From positions 4,832,001 to 4,896,000 of the forward strand of contig CM000154.2 of the NCBI GenBank assembly GCA_000004695.1: a DNA stretch of 64,000 bases, written 5' to 3'. Source of the DNA: Dictyostelium discoideum (taxonomy: Eukaryota). A program made the position numbers and the translations under genes. The notes below the pieces were generated by a model. It saw nothing but the letters and a program-made list of their open reading frames with translations, did no database searches and was not told where the DNA came from. Positions 48,838 through 61,335 of this stretch are shown here, one piece after another. Every line of letters begins with the position of its first letter. Within the stretch, counting starts at the first letter, position 1.

Positions 48838-49193
48838 ATAATATTTTAATAAAAATATTATAGTAATATTATTATTATAAAAAAAAAAAAAAAAAAAATA
48901 TCCAACCCCCGTGGACATGGACATGTACCAAAAAAAAAAAAAAAAATAGTAAAAAAAAAAAAAAAAGTGTCTTATGTCAAAAAAGAAAAAATGTCAAAAA
49001 ATTTTAGATGATCTTATAGAATGTGCTTTGCTTGCAATTGATGTACCCAAAAAGAAATAAATACAATCCAAGTTACACAAAAATAAATAAAAAGTGAAAA
49101 GAAGTTTCTCTCCAAAAAAAAAAAAAAAAAAAAAAAAATAAAAATAAAATTAAAAACAATAAAAAATAGATATTTTCCAAAAATCCTGGTGGT

Positions 49194-49232
<39 letters not shown>

Positions 49233-49626
49233 TTAGTTGGTTATATGCTTAAAGTAAAAAAAAATAAAAAAAAAAAAAATAACAAAATAAAAAAAATAAA
49301 AAAATAAAATATTTTTATTTTATTTTAATGCATTCTTTTTTGATCATTCTATTTTTTTTTTTTATTCTTTATTTTTTTAATAAGTGACAACGATTGGAAA
49401 TAAATTTCCACACCCCCAATCATTTTTTATATTTTTAGTTGAAAAAAAAAAAATATCTTACAATTTTCGAAAAATCTTTTTTTTTTTTTTATTATTTTTT
49501 TTTTTCTTGAACCCATTTTTTTATTTTATTTTATTTTTTTTTTTTGCAGTATTTTTTTTTTTTTTTAGCCCCCTTTCAAACCATCACACACCTTTTTCCA
49601 CATCATAAAATAAAAATAAATGGACA

Positions 49627-50645
49627 ATGGAAACACTTGATAGTGTCATTAAAACAGCAACAGACCTAAAACCAAGTGGTTATTATGGTCAAGAAACTGA
49701 AAACAATAATAATACAAATAATAATGATAATCAAGACGAGGAAGAAACAATATCACAAATATTATCTTCAGTACCATCCATTTCAGCATCAAAATTTTTT
49801 TCACCTCCCCAACCACCTCAACCACCCCCACCACAACAACAACACCAACAACAACAAAAACCAATTGAATTAAAATGGAGGCAAACTAAAATACTATTGT
49901 CTTCAGACACAATACCCACTGGTATTAATAATAATATTAGTCCAGATTGTAATATAGAATCAAATACAACATTTAATACATCATCATCTTTACCAGTTCA
50001 ATTAACCAATAATAATGGTTATAATAATAATAATAATAATATAAATATAAACAATAATAATAATAATAACAATAATAATAATAATGAAAAGAATAATAAA
50101 AATAATGAAAAAAATAAAAATTTATCATATCATAGATATAGGAAAGGTAGTTATCAATCAATAATTGAAAAAGCGAAAGCATCAAAAGAAAAGAGAGCAA
50201 ATATTTTACGTGAAATTCAGACAACAGAACAAGCATATATTTCATTTTTAAAAGTTTTAGTTGATGTTTATTTAATGAAAATTAAAGATATTGGTATGTC
50301 TGATCAAGATATTGATGGAATTTTCTCAAATATTGAAGCTATTAAATTAGCCAACGAAGATATTCTATCGAAATTAAGAGAGAAAATTGAATTTCATTCA
50401 TCAAATTCATTTCCTGAAAATGTTGAAATCGCTGATGTTTTCTTAGAATTTGGACCATTCCTTAAAATTTATTCTATATTTGTAAATAATTATTATAATA
50501 GAGCAATTTCAATAATTAAATTAAATACAACAAAAAATAATAAATTTAAACTTTATTTAGCTGTAAGTTAATAATTAAATAATTAAATAAATAAAAAAAA
50601 TAAAAATAATACTAATATTATTTATTTATTTCTTTATTTATTTCT

Positions 50646-50732
<87 letters not shown>

Positions 50733-52580
50733 TTATAGGAATGTAAAAGTTTACCAGCATCAAAAAAATTAGATTTAAATGATTTAATGATTATGCCAAT
50801 TCAAAGATTAGTTAGATATGTATTATTATTAGAAGAATTAATACAACATACACCAGAATCAACAGAACCAAATGAACATAAAAAATTAATTGAAGCAAAG
50901 AATGTAATGAAAGATGTAGCATCATTTGTAAATCAATCAACAGTTGATAAACAAGGTCCATTAGAAACTTTAACAAGAGTTCAACAAACTTTAGGTCCAA
51001 AAACTGGTAATTTAATTCAACCACATAGAAGATTTATTAAATCTGGTGATTTAGTTAGAGTTGTACAAGTCCAAGATGATGAAAATGAAAATGATAATAA
51101 CAATAATCTAAATAATCCAAATGAAAATAAACCAAATAAGAATACTGATGATGGTGATGAAATTATTGAAAAAAGAATTATTAATATTTATTTATTTAAT
51201 GATTTAATAATTTATGCAATTAATAATAAATTTTGGAGAAAGATTTATTTAGTTGAAGTTTGGATTAGAAGTAAAGAGATTAAAGGATTACAAAATGTTT
51301 TTGAAATTTATAGTAAATCATTATCATGTATATTTCAAAATCAATTCTCTAGTGATAGTAGTAGTAGTTTTCAAGAGTGGTCATCTTTAATTCAATCTAC
51401 AATTAATAAATTATTAATTGATGATTCTGATGCAAAAGAAAAAAGATTTAATCTTTTAGAACAAGATGATCAAATTCAAAAAGATTTCACTTTTGAAGAG
51501 AGACAATTCTATTTCGAATCAATGAATAATCCTCAAAATCCTCAATTTAATGATATAAAATTATTTAAAGATTCATTAATTGAAGATGGTATTGTTGAAG
51601 ATAGGAAAAAGAAAATTGAAAGTTTAATTACATTTCGACCAAATATTCCTATTTTAGATCAACAACAAAGTAATAATAATAATAGTAATAATAATAATGT
51701 AGAAAATTGTAGAAGTAGTATTGGTAGTAGTAGTGGTGAAATTAATTTAAATAATAATATTGAACAGAATGGATTTTCTGATAGTTCAGATACAGGTGTT
51801 GCATTATCAGATAATTCAGATAATGAAGAAGCGAAAAAGAAAAGAAATACGTTAAAGAAAAGAATGGTATCTCAAAATAATTTAAATTATAATTCAAATA
51901 AAACCAGTGGTGTAACATTATTGACTCAACAATTAACTGGTAAAAATAAATCGTCGTCGTTGTTATCACATATTGCATTAACTAGACAGAATATAGTTAT
52001 GCAAGGTTATCTTACAAAAATTGGCGAAGTTGTAAAAAATTGGAAGAGAAGGTGGTTCATTTTTGAGAGTAATTATCTTTTCTATTTAAAGAATGAGCAA
52101 TCCTCAAAGGTGTTGGGTATAATACCACTAATTGGCTCAAAAATTGAAAATATCGATCAGACTTCATTCAACATTTCAACTACTTCAAGAACCTATTTAA
52201 TCATTGCTGATTCTCAAAATGAGCTTTCAAAATGGACAAAATCAATATTAGATTTTCATAATTCAAGAGATAATTTCATTAACAATATTAAACAACAATA
52301 TTCAAGTAGTAGTTCTTTAAAATTAATAAATAATCAACAACAACATCAAACTCAACAACAAACTCAACAACAAATTCAAAAAAGATTATCTTGGTTATCT
52401 GCTGCTTTACCAAATATTAATTCAAGTTTTAAAAAACCACCCCAAAATGATAGATCAAAAACAATTGCAAATTTTAGATTCACTCAAATCTTAAATGAAA
52501 ATAATAATATCCCACCAGATTCCTCTTTATCTAAAAGTGTTGATGCTTTAAGCTTAAGTAGTAATACTACCACCACTACA

Positions 52581-52618
<38 letters not shown>

Positions 52619-52694
52619 CGACTATGAAGATGATTGTGATAGTTTATCTTCAGAGGAAGAGTTTGATGATGAAGAAGAAGAATTTGATAGATAA
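49627..52694 (+). CDS. Rho-family guanine nucleotide exchange factor (DH-PH); exons 49627-50562 and 50739-52694
   Basis: Donor GCT|GTAAGT at 50563 and acceptor TATTATAG|GAA at 50738 join ORFs 49627 and 50787 in phase 0. The DH domain spans the junction (...ISFLKVLVDVYLMKIKD...LEFGPFLKIYSIFVNNY.../ECKSLPASKKLDLNDLMIMPIQRLVRYVLLLEELIQHT). The PH domain is QGYLTKIGEVVKNWKRRWFIFESNYLFYLK...WTKSI. The intron is mostly an (ATTT)n array. Confidence 0.8.
50620..50734. repeat. (ATTT)n tetranucleotide microsatellite, about 27 units, inside the RhoGEF intron
   Basis: tatttatttattt... run at 50620-50734. Confidence 0.95.
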
Positions 52695-52943
52695 ATTTAT
52701 TGGTCAAAAAAAAAAAGAAAAAAAAAAAAAAGAAAAAAAAAAAAAGAAAAAAAAAAAAAAAAAAAAAAAATAGTAGTAACATTACAAATATCGATTAAAA
52801 TTTTAAATAAAATGATATTTTCTTTATTGGAAAAAAATAATAATAATAGTTTTTTTTTTTTTCTCTTTAATAAATAAGTTTATTTTTTTTTAAATTTTTT
52901 TTTTTTTTATTTTTTTTTTTTATTATTAAAATTACCTAATTAT

Positions 52944-53711
52944 TTATTTCCATTCATCATCATCTTCTTCTTCTTGTTGTTGTTGGTTATTTGATTCTAT
53001 TTGATCATATCTTTTCATTATATTACTTGCAAAAGAGTCACCAAGATTTGAATCACCAGAAAAGTTTGCAATATTATTACTGTCCATCTTTACAACACTA
53101 TCTACAAATATTGAATCACCAATAGTTTTAATTCTAACTTCATCACCAGATTTAAAAATTTTATGACTAAATTTATCAACATCTGCCCAAAATTCAAAAT
53201 AATTCTTTTTATTTGGATGTAAATTTTTAATTGCTTTTTTTGTTTATTTTAATATATAAAATTAATTAATAAATTAAAAATTAGAAAATTAAAAAAATAT
53301 ATATAAATATTTATTTAGTTAGTTACCATCATCATGAAAATTTGAAGGTAAAGAAGAATTTTTATTTCCATCTGAAATTGCAACTGATAGTTGATCAGCA
53401 TTAATTTTATCAACAAGAGTAGCTTGAACTCTATCAAATTTATTTAAGTAACCTTTTGTGATAGCAGTTGCTCTTGTCATTTTTGGTGGAATTTCAACAC
53501 CATCTTTCCAATTACGTTTTACTGCATTATCAAATTCAATTGTGATTGCAACATATCTAGTTGGTAATACTGTATCTTGTAGTGGTTGTTTTGCTTGTAA
53601 AAATACTGTATGAATATTATGTTTTTGTAAAATACCTTCAACTATAAATCCATCACCACCACAAAAACGTTCTTTAGTGAATGTTCCACTATAATTTGTA
53701 CTTGAACTCAT
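52944..53711 (-). CDS. Hypothetical protein, about 224 aa, two exons (53711-53327 and 53233-52944), not low-complexity
   Basis: Exon 1 is ORF 53319-53711; it ends G|GTAACT. Acceptor AAAAAAAG|CA at 53234 gives g+ca=Ala, then [95 protein letters not shown]. The balanced composition suggests a conserved globular protein. I could not assign a family. Confidence 0.55.
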
Positions 53712-53746
53712 TTTTATTTATCTATAAAATTAAAATTTTAAAAAAT

Positions 53747-53783
<37 letters not shown>

Positions 53784-54163
53784 CAACAAAAAAAAAAATC
53801 TAAAAAAAAAAAGGCATGCCTTTTTATTTTTCAAATAAATTAATTTTTTATTTTTTGGTTATTATTTTTCAATTACCAAATTAATTATTATTATTTTTTT
53901 TTTTTTTTTGTATTTTTGAGATATAATTTGTTATAAATATATCATATTTTTTTTTATATCTAGAAAAATTATAAATTCTTTAAAAAAAAAAATAAACTTG
54001 ATACGACTGACCCAGATGAAAATGTTTGGTGTGATTTATAATAATGATAACAAATCAAAAAAAAAAGAAAGAATAAATTTATTTAAATAAAAATGAATAA
54101 CCAAATAATAAATAATGGTTTCAAAAAAAAATTCTTTATTTATTTTTAAATTAATAGTATGAT

Positions 54164-54352
54164 TTACCAAAAATCTTTTCCTTTATTTTTTTTCATGATT
54201 TGGTCATGAATTAAATCCTCTTCACTATCACCTTCATCATTATACGATGCCTCTTCATAATCATCATCATCATAATAATCCTCATAATCACTGAGTGTAA
54301 TTGGTCTTTCTTTTGATTGTTGTTGTTGTTGATTTTTATCATTACCATCAGT

Positions 54353-54391
<39 letters not shown>

Positions 54392-57222
54392 TTGTTCACC
54401 ATTTGTATTTTCATCTTGATTATCATTATCATCATCATCATCATCATCACCACTATCATCATCACTAATTAAAGAATTTCTATAATTAATAAGATTTGTA
54501 ATAGTTTGATCGTTTTTTAAATCCTCTTGTAATTTTAATTGTTTTTCCATTGTATCTTTTAATTTTGAAAGATGAGTCGAAGTTTTATCTTTTTTTGGTT
54601 TTAAAGTTGTAAAAGTGATTTTACCAACTTGAACTTGTTGTTGTTCTTCTTTTTCAATTTGTAATCTAACTTGTTCAATTTCTTGTTCTGAAAGAATTGG
54701 AAATTGTGGTTCCAACCATTGTTCATGAATTGAAGATGTGATAAAGACTGGTTCATTATCGATGATTTCATTTGTTGATTTAATTTGACCACCATAAAGA
54801 TTATAGATTCTAATTTTCTTTGGATCATATTCAACCAAATCTGAATCAACAGGAATTAAAAGTTTATTCAATTGATTAACGATTGATTCTTTAAATTCAT
54901 TGAATTTACTATTAACAAATAATTTAAATAATTGTTTCTTTGAGCCATTTTTACAAACTGTAACAGATAATGAACGAACTGGTTGTGAATTTTTAGAATG
55001 ACCACCAGTACTATTTGACATTAATGGTTTTTGATGATGATGATAAAAACTTTGAGTTAATAATTTCTTTAATGTTTTTTGGCAAGATTCTAAAGCATCT
55101 GCTTTTTCTTTTACACCAATGGTATTTGAATTGTAAGCATGTAAAAAGAAGACAGCATTTTGTAAAAGATCGAAATGTCTTTTATTTGTGTATGTTCTTT
55201 CAGTGATGTTTGAAATTAATGATTGATAGATATGTTTAATGATTGGGTCATTACTATGGAATTTACCCTTGAGAAACTCCTCAATGAATGACGAATCTAC
55301 ACTTGAATTATTGCTTGAAATTGTGTCTAAAAAGATTCTAGATTTATTTTTTCTATTCTCATCAATCATTGAACCTGTACAAGTACCATGATCGGAATAA
55401 TCTTTACCACAACTATAACAAAATTGATAACGACATCTTGAACAAGTCATATGATTACAACCCCATGATTTTTCAACTGGGAATTTACATCTACCACAGA
55501 TGGTGGTATTTTCAACAATCCAACGATAACTAAATAGATCACTCTCGTTATGAACTGGTTTATTGCATGGTACTGGCCAATGATAAGAATTTTTCTTACA
55601 AAATAAACAAATTACATGACCGTTGCAACTAATGAATGGGGAATATTTTAAAGCCAATGTTTTTCTCTTTAAATCTGTAGCGACCAATCTAGTACATCCT
55701 TCATATTGACATGGATGAACCGTATTATTTGAATTATAAGAAATATCTTTAATTAAATTTGATGAAATTCCTCTTGATTTACATAATTCAATTGATAATG
55801 ATTCAATAGTAACTTCATCAATTGATTTATTTAAACAATCGGCAGTTAAACAACCAATTGAAATGGAACCACCACTACCATCATTAATTGATGTTGTAAA
55901 ATATTGACTCATACAACCAATACAATAAGAATGACCACAAATTAATTCAATCATTTCATTAACTTCATATTCACAATAACAAATTGAACATTCTTTTTCA
56001 AATTGACTTGATTGGTCAACCAATGTGATTTGTGGTGTTTTAAATTTATACAATTCAATATCCTTTGATTTATGTGGATAACTATTTGTTCTAACACTTT
56101 GACAATCTAATGATATCACTGGTTTAACATCCCAACCATTTTTAAATAATAATTTTTTTGCCACTGAATGTGGAATATTGAAATGATTTGAAACCATTTC
56201 ACAACGTTGATAAATTTCTTGATAAAACTTATTCGTAGTTTCAGATTTCAATAATTCATGTTCATTAAATAAATTTACACAAGTGTCTAAAATTGAACCA
56301 CCACTTCTACTTAACATACAATTATCATAATATTGTTGAATCAATGCAACAATTGCCACGATATCATTTTTATCTTTTTTAAATTGAGTATCAATAATTT
56401 CTTTTAATTCATTCTCTCTGTTTTTTAAACTTATCTTTTCATAATCATTATTCTCATTTAATTCTATAATAATTTCATATGAATAATCGAGTTGGACTGT
56501 TGTTGGTTTTTCAATTAAATAAAACCAAATTCTTGAATCTTTTTCATTATTTGAAATTAAAACTTTACAACGGTATGGATAAGATTCACCAATTAAAACT
56601 TTATTTTTCAAGGTTAATAATTGTTTAATTATACAATTATAAAACTTATTCTTATTCTCTGATACGTCATTGAATAATGAAAGATATTGATTTTCAGATT
56701 CGAGTTTATTTAATTTCTCTTGATATTCTTGTGATGTTGTTAATAGTTTTTTCTCTTCAACATCATCTGGATCAACATCAGAAATTGCACTAATTGATAC
56801 AATTAATATTTGATTATTATATGTATTATCTAAACTCTTAATTCTACGATTACCATTTTCATTAGTTGTTCTAACTCTAATATGTGATCTATCTGATGTT
56901 GTTAATTTAAATTTATTAATTAACAATCCTAAAAATCCTGAAAATGTAAGATTTGTTGGAATTACCAAAACAATACTTTCTTTTTCATTTTCATTCTTTT
57001 TAAAATAAATAAAAAAAAAAAAAAATAATAATAAAAAAAAAATAATAGTAATAAAAAAAAAAAATTGGAAGTTAGGAATTTGATTTCTTTTTTATTTTTT
57101 TTTTTTTTTTTAATTTTATTTTTTTATATGTTTACCTTTTCATAAAAAATTGTGAATCTTTTTCTAAGGTCAGGTGTATTAACTAAAACATATAATGATT
57201 CTTCATTATTTTTATTTGACAT
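54164..57222 (-). CDS. RBR-type (RING1-IBR-RING2) E3 ubiquitin ligase, Ariadne-like catalytic module with long N-terminal region; exons 57222-57136 and 56995-54164
   Basis: RING1 is CSICYCEY...CGHSYCIGCMSQYF, followed by an IBR Cys/His cluster and RING2 CGRCKFPVEKSWGCNHMTCSRCRYQFCYSCGKDYSDHG with the catalytic Cys context. ORF 54164-56968 starts at TTG and is open upstream. An 87-nt first exon MSNKNNEESLYVLVNTPDLRKRFTIFYEK (donor AAG|GTAAAC at 57135) joins acceptor TTTTAAAAAG|AAT at 56996 in phase 0. The C-terminus is acidic D/E/N-rich. Confidence 0.8.
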
Positions 57223-57713
57223 TATTATTTTTTTTTTTTTTTTTGGTTCACAACTTTTTATTTGTATATTGTTATTGATAACAATTTGGTTTTTTTTTTT
57301 TTTTTGAAAAAAAAAAGTTTAAAAATAAAAAAAAAACAAAAAAAAAAAAATTAAAAAAATAAGATATTTTGGAAAGTTTCGAGAAAAAGAAGTTTAAAAA
57401 ATAATAATTTCAAAGATTTGGTTTACTGTAATATTAATAACTTTTATTTGGAAATTTTTAACTTTATAAATAGTTTTTATATCAGATATAGGGTAAATAT
57501 ATAATTTTAATTTTATTTTTTTTTTATTTTTTTATTTTTTTTTTTTTTTTAAGATTAATAATTAAAAGAAATATCATAATATAATCATTTCCTTTTTTTT
57601 TTTTTTTTTAATTTTTTTTTTGTACAATTAAATTTTTTAATTTTTATTTATTTTTTTTTTTTTTTTATTTTTTCCAACATGTAAATAATTATTGAAAAAA
57701 AAAAAAACGAACG

Positions 57714-57762
<49 letters not shown>

Positions 57763-57904
57763 CAATCTTTTTTTTTTTTTTTTTGATAAGATTGGATTAT
57801 TTATTTATATTATATTTTTTTTCCTTTGTATTATATATTTTAAATCAACTTTATAAAAATAAATAAATAAAAAATAAAAATAAATAAATAAAAATATAAA
57901 GAAA

Positions 57905-59053
57905 ATGTCAAAACCAAATAAAGCTAAATTACAACAACAAAAGAAAGGTAAAAAATCAACAACAACAGCAACAACCACAAAGAAAGAATTAACATCAGAA
58001 GAATATATACAACAAGGTGAAAAATATGCAAGTGAATATCATTTCGATAAAGCATTAAGTAGTTTTGAAAATGCATTGAAATTAGATCCAATCAATACAT
58101 TAGTGATGGATACAATCGGAGAGATATTAGTAGAGAATGGTGATATAGAGAACGCTAAAACTTATTTCTTAAAATCAATTAAAACCGATCCAGAAGATTC
58201 ACCATCCAAATACATGAATTTAGGGCAATTGGTCGGTGGTGATGATGCATTGAATTGTTATAGAAAAGGCATACAAATTATGGAACGTGAATTAAAACAA
58301 CTAATTAAAGAACAAGGTTCAAAATATAATGATTTACAACATATTCCAAGACCATTAAAATCATCATCACCAGTTGGTGAGGATGACGATGGCGAGGATA
58401 CAGTTTACGAATCAGATGAAGATGATCCAATAATTATATTAAAACAACAATTATGTTCAGCATTATGCTCAATTTCAGAATTATATTTAACTGATCAATG
58501 TTTTGATGACGATGCAGAGGATCAATGTGAGAGCAATTTAAAGAGGGCTATTGGATACTCACCAAACTCACCAGAACCTTATAGTTTAATGGCATCAATG
58601 AAGATTAGTCAAGTAAAGAATCAAGAGGCAATTGAATATTTGAATAAATCATACCAACTTTGGGAGCATTCTGATATTGATGATCGTCCAGAATTTGATT
58701 ATCGTTTCAACATTTCATTATTATTCATAGAATTAAAAGAGAATAGAACTGCTGTCGACATTTTGGAACAATTAGTAAATGAACAAGATAATATAGCTGA
58801 ATTATGGTACACTTTAGGTGTTGTCTATAATAATCTAAATGAACCATTATCAGCTCAAGAATGTTTAATCACCTCAAAAGAATTATTAAAAATCGCTGCT
58901 CCACAAGGTAGAGATGAAGAATTGGAACATTTAACAAATACTTTATTAAAAAAGGTTGAAATTGATGTTTCTAAATTATCTCCTGAAGAAATTGAAGCTT
59001 TGAATAATGATAATGATGAAGATGAAGCAGAACAAGAAGAAATGGATGAATAA
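57905..59053 (+). CDS. TPR-repeat protein with acidic tail, Acl4-like (possible ribosomal protein L4 assembly chaperone)
   Basis: Single 382-aa ORF. TPR-like helical pairs (EYIQQGEKYASEYHFDKALSSFENALKLDP..., AELWYTLGVVYNNLNEPLSAQECL), an internal acidic loop and a D/E-rich C-terminus match the Acl4/UPF0661 layout. The family call is tentative. Confidence 0.6.
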   Translation: MSKPNKAKLQQQKKGKKSTTTATTTKKELTSEEYIQQGEKYASEYHFDKALSSFENALKLDPINTLVMDTIGEILVENGDIENAKTYFLKSIKTDPEDSPSKYMNLGQLVGGDDALNCYRKGIQIMERELKQLIKEQGSKYNDLQHIPRPLKSSSPVGEDDDGEDTVYESDEDDPIIILKQQLCSALCSISELYLTDQCFDDDAEDQCESNLKRAIGYSPNSPEPYSLMASMKISQVKNQEAIEYLNKSYQLWEHSDIDDRPEFDYRFNISLLFIELKENRTAVDILEQLVNEQDNIAELWYTLGVVYNNLNEPLSAQECLITSKELLKIAAPQGRDEELEHLTNTLLKKVEIDVSKLSPEEIEALNNDNDEDEAEQEEMDE

Positions 59054-59177
59054 AAAAAAAAAGTAAAAAAAATAAAAATAAAAATAAAAAATTTAAAAAT
59101 AATTTATTAATTTATTTATTTATTTCACACCCTCTTTCGTGTTTTTGGGTTTTTTTTAAAAAAAGTGTCAAAACTTA

Positions 59178-59667
59178 TTATTTTGTTGGTGGTGGTGGTT
59201 TTCTTAAAGTTCTTTCATATTTCTTTTTACTTTGAGATAGTTGTTTACTATAAAGATATAGTAAACTATTTAAATCGATTTTATCTGGTATTTGAATGAA
59301 TCTAATATTCCTACTTTGGATTAATATCTCTTGAACATGTTCATCTCTTTTATTCTTGTATCTTGTATTTGTTAATTTTGCATCAGAAAGTTCAATACTA
59401 GTATTAAGAGTGAATGAGTGAGTGAGTATATATTAGTATTGATTTTAATATTGGGTATAAATAAAAAACATACTTTAAATATGCATCGACATTAGTAATT
59501 GTACCATAGATTTCACAATTTGATCTTAATTGTATTGTAATTTGTGTTCCTCTTAATGCTGTGAATACACATAAAAGTGATTGAAATTCTTTAGCTATAA
59601 ATTTTTTTTTGCTATTATTGGTATTGTTTTTTAAATCTTTTTCATCTTTTTTATATGTTATTGACAT
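59178..59667 (-). CDS. Sm-fold protein, SmD1 paralogue of the LSm10 type (U7 snRNP-specific); exons 59667-59474 and 59397-59178 (137 aa)
   Basis: Donor AA|GTATGT (59473) and acceptor TACTAG|T (59398) give ...LLCVFTALRGTQITIQLRSNCEIYGTITNVDAYLN-IELSDAKLTNTRYKNKRDEHVQEILIQSRNIRFIQIPDKIDLNSLL.... The Sm1 (GTITNVD..MN) and Sm2 (IRFIQIPD) motifs are co-linear with SmD1 and LSm10. Unlike canonical SmD1 it has a 27-residue N-terminal extension and no C-terminal RG repeats. Those are the features that separate LSm10 from SmD1. Confidence 0.6.
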
Positions 59668-61257
59668 TGATTTGACATAAACACATAATCATACGCATGA
59701 TGATTTTTTTTTTTTTTTTAATTTTTTGTTTTTTTTTTTATTGACTGTTTTTTTGACAATTTTTTATTTTTTTTTATTATTTTTAATTAAAAATTTTATT
59801 TTTAGAATTTAATTATTTTTTATATTCTTTTTTTTGTAATTTTTTATTTATTTAGAAGAAAAATGGGAAGGGAATAAATTTTCTATTAAAAAAAAAATAA
59901 AAAAAAAAATAAAAAAAACTGATTGGGTTGGAATAGTTATTACCTTTTTTTTATTTTTTATTTTTTATTTATAATTTTTTAATTTTTAAATCAAAAAAAT
60001 AAATGAATTAAATCTGGATTGAAAAAATAAAATCAATTTTTATTTCTTTTTTAATTTTTTTAAATATAAAATATAATCCCTTTCATTGTTTAAAATATAG
60101 AAAAAAAAAAAAAAAAACATCACATAATTCAGCCCCCGAATAATCTAGATTATTAATTCCAAAAATAGGTCTGTAAATTAACAAATAATTTTTTCCAAAT
60201 TTGAAAAAAAAAAACAAAAAATTAATAGATAATAATTATGAAAAATAAAAAAGGTTAAATGGGTTTAAATATTTTTTTTTTAATTTTATTTTTGATCTTA
60301 TAAAAAAAAAAAAAAAAATTGGGAATTTATTTGGTATAAATAGAGCCAATTTTTTTTTTTTTTTTTTCTTCATTTTTATTAACCAACAAACAAAGAAATT
60401 GTAGCTTTCTAAAAAAAATTGAGTAATTCTTAAGGTTGGCCGGATATAAAAAATTCATTATCTAAGTGGTGAAAAGTAATTATGATGCACTAATCGCCTT
60501 TATTTTTACATTTATTTTTTATTTTCTATTCAGCTCCACTTTAAAAAAATAATTTAGTTTATTTATCTGTTTTTTAATTATTTATATTTCCAATTGAAAA
60601 AAAAAAAAAAAACCAAAAAAAAATTAAAAAAAAACCTACTTAGACATGGAGGGGATAAAAGAAATAAAGGAGTTAATATATTGAAAAATATCTTTCTTTT
60701 GGAAGGGGTTTTATTAATTCCTTTATTTCATTTTCTTCTTCATGTCTATGTAGTTTTTTTATTATTTTTTCAAATGGAAAAATAAATAATTAAAAAATAT
60801 TGATTTACAAATCTCTGTTGAATCAGATTCTAAAGAAAAAAAAATAATAATCCAAAATATTAAAAAAATATCAAATATAAAATATATGAGATAACAATCA
60901 TTATAAACAGTTACACCCGAATATACCAGCATTTATAAATATAATAAAGTAAAAGAAAGATCAAAACATATAATTTCATTTGAAAAAGATAGAAATAAAA
61001 AATTAGACAAAAAAGAAACAATATAAACACCAGATGATAATAATAATAAAAAAAAGGAAAAAGAGTAAATAGAGGAAAAAGAGTAAATAGAGCAATTAGA
61101 AAGATATAAAGAAACATTTGTTTATAATTTCTTTATTTCTTTCTTCTTCTATTTCCTCTTTTTCCTTACTTTCCTCTTTTTCCTTTTTTTATTATTATTA
61201 TCATCATCTGGTCCATAGATTCACATCATAAGTTTTTAATGTTTGTTTAATATTTTA

Positions 61258-61259
61258 TT

Positions 61260-61334
<75 letters not shown>

Positions 61335-61335
61335 T
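61258..61335. repeat. (ATT)n microsatellite with one interruption, intergenic
   Basis: ttattattatt... run at 61258-61335. Confidence 0.9.

Noticed and set aside
59404-59667. Calling the Sm-fold gene canonical SmD1
   Set aside because: The N-terminal extension, the absence of RG repeats and only moderate identity fit LSm10 better. Whether the genome has another SmD1 remains to be checked.
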